64,000 bases of DNA from Paramecium tetraurelia (lineage: Eukaryota), in contig CT868540.1 of assembly GCA_000165425.1 (NCBI GenBank), forward strand, positions 124,001-188,000. The letters are read 5' to 3'. Position numbers and translations under genes: made by a program. How positions within the stretch are numbered: the stretch's first letter is position 1; each line of letters opens with the position of its first letter. Positions 57,855 through 64,000 of this stretch are shown in pieces. The notes beneath the pieces were generated by a model. The model was not told the DNA's origin, searched no databases, and was given only the letters and a program-made list of their open reading frames with translations.

Positions 57855-57996
57855 TAATAAAAATAATGGATTGAGCAAGACAGCTTTATAGTTTCATATA
57901 TTAAATTACGTAATGAACATTTATTTACACATACGTCACAACAAATTGTATAATTTGTTTACTTTATTTATTATTTTTTTAATATTGAATAATTAA

Positions 57997-58692
57997 ATGT
58001 AATTTACATTATTATTGGCTCTCGCTCTTACAACACTTTCTTAATCGACTGATTTTGCTTTATTGATAAAAAGTTCAAATTCTTAGGCTTGGGAAAGAAT
58101 TGGTGATATCAAAATACCCAGATCTAATTTTTAGAATGCTCAGATTGTCTTGAATTAAAATAAACAGCAAATTATAGATCGCAAGAAAATTAACGAAGTA
58201 AATATCCAGTCTCTAAATCTAGAATAATTATGCTCTATTGAAATTGTAGAATTAGCAAGATGAAAAGTCATATATCGCACATATTGATGGAAAATAATTA
58301 TCTCTCTTTAATTAAAAATCCAATTACTAAGAAGTCATTACATTTGTTTTATCCAACAATGATCTATTGTCATTTGATTACGCATTAAAGCCCATAAGGA
58401 AAAATGCAGAAACCTACATTCAAGTCAACATCAAAGAATTGGAAGTAGCCCCATCAGGATTAGTACCACAATTTGAAGATAAGACTCCCGAAGAAGAAGA
58501 ATAACAAAAGCCCCAGGGAATCTTTGGACTAATATTATAATATGTAAGAATCCCCTCTATCCTTAGAAATGGTATATTATTATCGGATTTATTGTCTTCT
58601 TCCTAACAGGTCAGGCTGATCCCCAAAAATTAAATGAAACTGTCTAATAAGCTTAAGAACAAGCCCAGGCATCAAAAAGAAGAAACAAATGA
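57997..58692 (+). CDS. EMC10-like type I membrane protein
   Basis: Signal peptide, lumenal domain, acidic linker, then GIFGLILQYKWYIIIGFIVFFL TM segment; two introns. Confidence 0.6.
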
Positions 58693-58825
58693 GTAAATTT
58701 ATTCAAATGTTGTGTAAAATAATTTTAATTTTTATATAATAACAAATTAACTTCAAAGATTACAATATATGCATTAGTGATTAATAAATCTCAAAGAATT
58801 TTTAAATGGTCAATTTGATTTTATT

Positions 58826-60345
58826 ATGAATTTTAGAATACTGGTGAGCATTTCACTATTATTATTTATAATTTCAATGAAATTCTCCATGAATTCGGAA
58901 ATTTAAATAAGAAAACTTACAATATTCTACTATTGTTCCTCTTTATTAGATCAATTTTATTGTATTTACAAGTACAGTGGTGAATTTATGTTAATTAATA
59001 TTAATGAAATTTAATTGCACAGAAAACGATTAATAAATTCTACTCTTATAAGTTTTTAGAAAACACTTTTTTAGCGATTAAACCTATTATTTAAAATTAA
59101 CTAGGAATTAAATACTAATGAGTCAAGTAAATTATGATTTTTATTGATCAATAGGAGAGTCAATTTGTGAAAACAAAATATAACCTAGCTTTGAATTCAG
59201 AAACACAATTTGAATGGGTTGTTAGAAACCAATAATTAGTTGGATTCCTGTTCCCTTATTAGAACAAGATGAAAGAGTTTAATGGGGATTCTTAATATCT
59301 GAATCAATTAAAATAAGCACTTGGAAAATTAATAATTTTCAAATCCCTCACAGTACATTATAAATGGATGCAATATATAGATTCAGGGACCTTTGGTTAA
59401 GTATATTATTATTTAAATGATAGATTTCATTATAATAAAATTACATAACTGGCAAGTTGTTTGCTATTAAAACATTAAATAACACGAATAAATCTATGTC
59501 ATATTTAATCGAAAATGAAATTAAGATACTAAGAACACTGAACCATCCTAATATCTTATCCTTTTAGGAAGTTTTTCTAACAAATCTTACATACTCGATT
59601 ATTACTGAATTTGTCGAAGGAAAGAATCTTAAAACTTAAATCACAGAAATATCAGAATTCTCTGAATCATATATCCTAAAATTGCTAAAAGTATTAATAA
59701 ATTATATGTTAGCAATTATTTGAAGGACTCACTTATATTCATCACATGGGCATTATGCATAGAGACATCAAACCTGCAAATATCATGATTACTAATAATG
59801 GTAACTTGAAAATAATTGACTTTGGATTATCTTGCTTTTTTAGTAATTAATTTTAAGAACATCCTAAATGTGGAACTTCAGGTTTTTGTGCTCCTGAAAT
59901 TTTACAAAACTTTGATCATAAAATTTCCTACGATTACAAAGTTGATGTTTTTAGCGCAGGATGTGTTTTATACAAAATGTTAACATCTAAAGGTCTTTTC
60001 GATGCAGATACATCAGCTGAAGTTTTAAGAAAAAATAGAAATTGTTTATATTTCATTAAAGAATAAGGAAGACTCTTTGATTTAGCCAGAACTTTCCTTC
60101 AATAAAATCCTCTCGAAAGATTAAGCAGCGATTAAGCATTATAGTTAATTACATCCATGATCGATAATGACACTTTGGATGTAAATCTTTGGTACAGAAA
60201 ATCATTTAATTCCAATCAATTAACTGTATCTAATCTAAGTCCGACTCCCAAATAAAGTGCTCATACTAAATCTTATCAAAAAACATAATCAAGTCCAAAT
60301 TATTCAAGAAACTTTTTCCCTTCGAGCTTGAAAACTGACCGATGA
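58826..60345 (+). CDS. CaMK-like Ser/Thr kinase (start uncertain, possibly 58877)
   Basis: [32 protein letters not shown] and DVFSAG. Confidence 0.88.
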
Positions 60346-60398
60346 TCTATCTCATATTTAACAGCTTTTAATCTTATTATATAATAGAACTTCAGAAT

Positions 60399-61621
60399 TC
60401 ATGTCTTCGAAAATTATTTTTGTTTCAAATTTAGATTATTTTCTTGCTTTTATATATACCCACTATGAAACTTTCCTTAACATTCATTTAATAATTTAAC
60501 CCATGCTTTCTATATATTTGAGCTTCTTATATATTTAAGATAATTCTTATGCTTTTGCTATATAATTCATTTAATTTTAATTTCTATTGAATAATATTCT
60601 TTTCTGATTTACTTTTAGATCTAAATTCAAGTAATATATTTTTTTTAAGTTTATAGGATAATTATATTAATTTTTTAAGAAATAATATTCATTCTTCCAT
60701 GCCTTCAGTTTGCTCCATTAAATACTTCATGAATTATCCTTAATAATGAATTGAGGCTGCAAAACCATAACCACATTAAACTAAATTAAATATTGAATCA
60801 TAATACTTAAGCATTCTGTCTCTTTTCCTTTAAATTAATCTACTTTTAATGTATCACACTTCTTTGAGCAAAATGTTGTGGCTTTTAGTATATGATTAAT
60901 TATTTCTTCTTTATTTTCTTAACTCATTAAAATTAATTGTGTAAAAAATGGAAAACTTATAAAATCATAAATTGCTATACAATAATTCACAGAAATAATC
61001 AAATTCTCAAAATCATTAGCAAGAATCGATGGAATCAATTACTGAAGAATATCTGAGTATCATGAATAAATTTTCATAAGAAATTTTTTAAACTAACCAC
61101 AATAATAAAGAAAAAAATGAAAAAAAATCTGAAAAACTTAAAAACATTCCTACTTTTACAAATTTATTATAAAGAACATAACTTGATAGATGAATTTTAT
61201 TTACATATTTTGCATTTCGAATATAATCCATCAAATTCTAAAATTTCAAACATAATAAAGAAATTCATTTTTAAATATCCTATTCATCTATATTTATTAT
61301 CTGGATTTGAATATAAACAACGAGATTTTTTTAAAATATATATAGGAAATCAAATTCAAAAAGATTGCCAATTCATTTCTATATAATAATTGAATCTATG
61401 TATTATATATTATAACTATCATAGCTGATCCAAAATACCTTAAGCGTATTTCTAATTCTCTGAAATTCATGTATTAATGAAACCATTTTTTTATAAACTT
61501 TGTATCATTATTATAATTAAATAACGCTACTAAAAAAGAATAATCTAAAAAAACTCCCAAATTATTCAAAATTAGTTCCTTAAAATTCTGACAAATATAA
61601 AAATGCTTTCCATAAATCCAT
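60399..61621 (-). CDS. Hypothetical protein
   Basis: MDLWKAFLYLSEFQG... with a short intron near 61530-61554; ends ...FSKT*. Internal structure not fully traced. Confidence 0.55.
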
Positions 61622-62336
61622 TAAAGCAAATATAATAGTATTATTATAAACTAATAATACAGTATTTTATTCAATTGATTGAAAATAAATAATTAGGATG
61701 TTATTTCATGTGAAAATTATAATTAACTTTATATTTAATTGGAAAAAAAGTTTTACAATAAGTTCTCTCATATTTCGTAAAGTACAATTGTATATCAATA
61801 ATGGTAGTTCATTATTTTAAAATTCAAATGAATGCAGATACCTATAAATGTGATTCATCCTCTACTTTGAATTTGATATATCCTATATAGAAGAACAAAA
61901 TCCCACTTAAATTTGATTTTATGTAGAGATAGTTCTCAAAACTATATAGCCATTTGATATAATCAACATAATAAATTCATCTAATTCATATCAATTAAAG
62001 AGTCTTAATATATAACAAATAAGACTTATTATTAGTTTAATAGAAAGCTTCAAAATTGAACTATTATATAATACTATAATAAAGATATTAAATATAAAAA
62101 AATAAAATTTTATTTTTGAAGTCATCTGTAAATATTTATAGTATAGCAATGTAGGTTTGTTAATTATTAATGACCCTTTATCCTCTAGATTTTTGAACTA
62201 TTATAAATTTTATATATATCATTCATCTCAACAAGATAAATAAACTGAAATATATATTTTCACAATAAACGCAATTCACTTTTAAGTTGAAATCACAAAA
62301 TTTCTAATAAATAATAAAAACAATTCATAATTATCT

Positions 62337-62785
62337 ATGAATTTCTACTCGATAGATTTTGAAGACTAATATTAATAAGGTACTCCTTTTTATAATTTCT
62401 AGAATTAGTTGAAGAACCATTAGCAGAATCATCACAATAATAAATGTACTTCGATTATGATCAAAGTATACAACACGAACCAGAGTAACTAATAACTTTT
62501 GATGGGTATTTATAAGAGGAGCCTGTCCTTTTATTTAATTTTGCTGAGGAAGCTCCAAAAAAAAAATCTAAACTAATTAACAGAAAATCAAAAAAAGTAA
62601 AAAAGGCTGATTCTGAAACAGATGTTTCATAAGGCAAAAGATCAAAACCTCGTATCACAAACAGTGACTTTTTGAAACTTTAACAATGTTAAAGACTAAA
62701 AACAATCATCACTTAGATGGAGTCTCTTCTTAAGCAAACAAGAACTTAAATTCTGAACCAATACATTAAAAATCACTCTTAATGA
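62337..62785 (+). CDS. Small hypothetical protein (acidic N-terminus, basic NLS-like middle)
   Basis: MNFYSIDFEDQ..., APKKKSKLINRKSKKVKK, ends ...KNHSQ*; one intron. Confidence 0.65.
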
Positions 62786-63346
62786 GTTCTTTCTTGATTA
62801 TTTTATATCGAGTTATATATCTATTCAATTATTAACAAAATACTCTACATTTAATTTGATATAACTCCTAAATTGAAAAAATCCTAAAAATAATTAACAC
62901 CTAAACTTCAATATATTAGTTGAAATTTGAAATTGAAGTAAAACTGCAATGCAAACTTCTAGAAAATATCATTTATTTTTGAATTTTGGTTTTTTTATAG
63001 TATTCAAAAAAAATATAAACTACTGTGTTAACAGTAGTGATAAGTTGTGTTTCTATTTTTTAATAATTGTGTATAAAAAAATTAAAGAATGTAAATATTC
63101 ACAAAAATTAACAATATTGTGAAGTTAGGGTTGTTAAGTTTTATATTGAAATGTCTTATAAAAATAGAATTTTATGTACACTTTTGAACTCCCATCAATT
63201 TTTCGATCAAATTAGTTCACAACGTCAGGTTCATTTAGTTGTAATATCTAAAATTTTAATTTAAAAGAGATTCTGATATATAGAACAAATTTTTGATATG
63301 AATTATTATAATTTGAAAGCAAATAAAATATAAAAATTATTAAATT

Positions 63347-64000
63347 ATGAGTGAAAAAATTGATACTAATATTTTAAAGAAATATGAAATAATGAATAAG
63401 ATAGGAAAAGGTGCATACGGAATAGTTTGGAAGGCAAGAGATATAAAATCTCAGCGTATAGTTGCTTTAAAGAAAGTGTTTGATGCTTTTAGTAATCCAA
63501 CTGATGCCTAACGAACGTATAGAGAAGTATAAATAAATATTTTATTCTAGGTTAGCTTTTTAAAGCAACTAAATCATCCTAATATAATTCAATTAATTGA
63601 TACATTTCCTGCAGAAAATCAAAATGACATTTATTTGATTTTTGAATATATGGAAACTGATCTTCACGTTGCCATTCGAGCCAAAATCTTACAACCACTT
63701 CACAGAAGATATATCATATATTAGTTATTTAAAGCTCTGAAGTATATTCATTCTTCAGGGATGATACACAGGTATTAATTCTATTTTATAACTATATAGA
63801 GATTTAAAGCCTGCAAACATTTTATTAGACTCAGAATGCAAAATAAAATTAGCAGATTTTGGATTAGCCAGAATGGTTTGCACATTAGAATCAGATATAT
63901 TAACAGATTATGTGGCGACGAGATGGTTCAGAGCCCCTGAAATTTTGTTAGGATCAAAATCATATTCATTTGGAGTTGATATGTGGTCTATTGGTTGTAT
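63347..64000 (+). CDS. MAP kinase, ERK7/MAPK15-like (3'-truncated by window)
   Basis: [50 protein letters not shown] and [14 protein letters not shown]. Confidence 0.93.

Noticed and set aside
61117..61386. 89-aa plus-strand ORF
   Set aside because: Low-complexity K/I/F/N composition and antisense to the minus-strand gene at 60399-61621.
63125..63132. TTAGGGTT telomere-like word
   Set aside because: Single copy, and not the Paramecium G4T2/G3T3 repeat; no array.

Overview
This is AT-rich, gene-dense eukaryotic DNA from a ciliate, most likely the somatic macronucleus of a Paramecium species. TAA/TAG read as Gln, TGA is the only stop, introns are tiny (about 20-30 nt, GT..AG), and intergenic gaps are often under 100 nt. 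The supplied ORF track uses the standard code, so it fragments nearly every gene. Re-reading by hand with the ciliate code gives about 38 gene models. Recognisable ones are an IP3R/RyR-type Ca-release channel (3' part), CK1, an EF-hand protein, an AGC kinase, an epiplasmin, a TTLL9-like glutamylase, a CTD-type phosphatase, a PG-repeat ciliary protein, RPS8, GILT, SPT6, VPS33, BCAT, an FKBP/TPR protein, a cNMP-binding protein, a longin R-SNARE, a tetraspanin, SEC23, ML-domain and EMC10-like proteins, several kinases and a MAPK15-like 5' fragment. The most notable observations are: (1) a ~2.9 kb gene whose motifs match, in order, the class IB PI3K adaptor p101/p87 family; (2) an SPT6 with two C-terminal CCHC zinc knuckles and an RS/RD tail; (3) a degenerate Rab/Ras-like pseudo-GTPase; (4) a PH-less, lipid-anchored Akt-like kinase; (5) extreme gene packing (8-nt head-to-head and 1-nt tail-to-tail spacing). 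All coordinates and family calls come from manual translation and remembered motifs, not database searches. No mobile elements, CRISPR arrays, rRNA or tRNA were seen.
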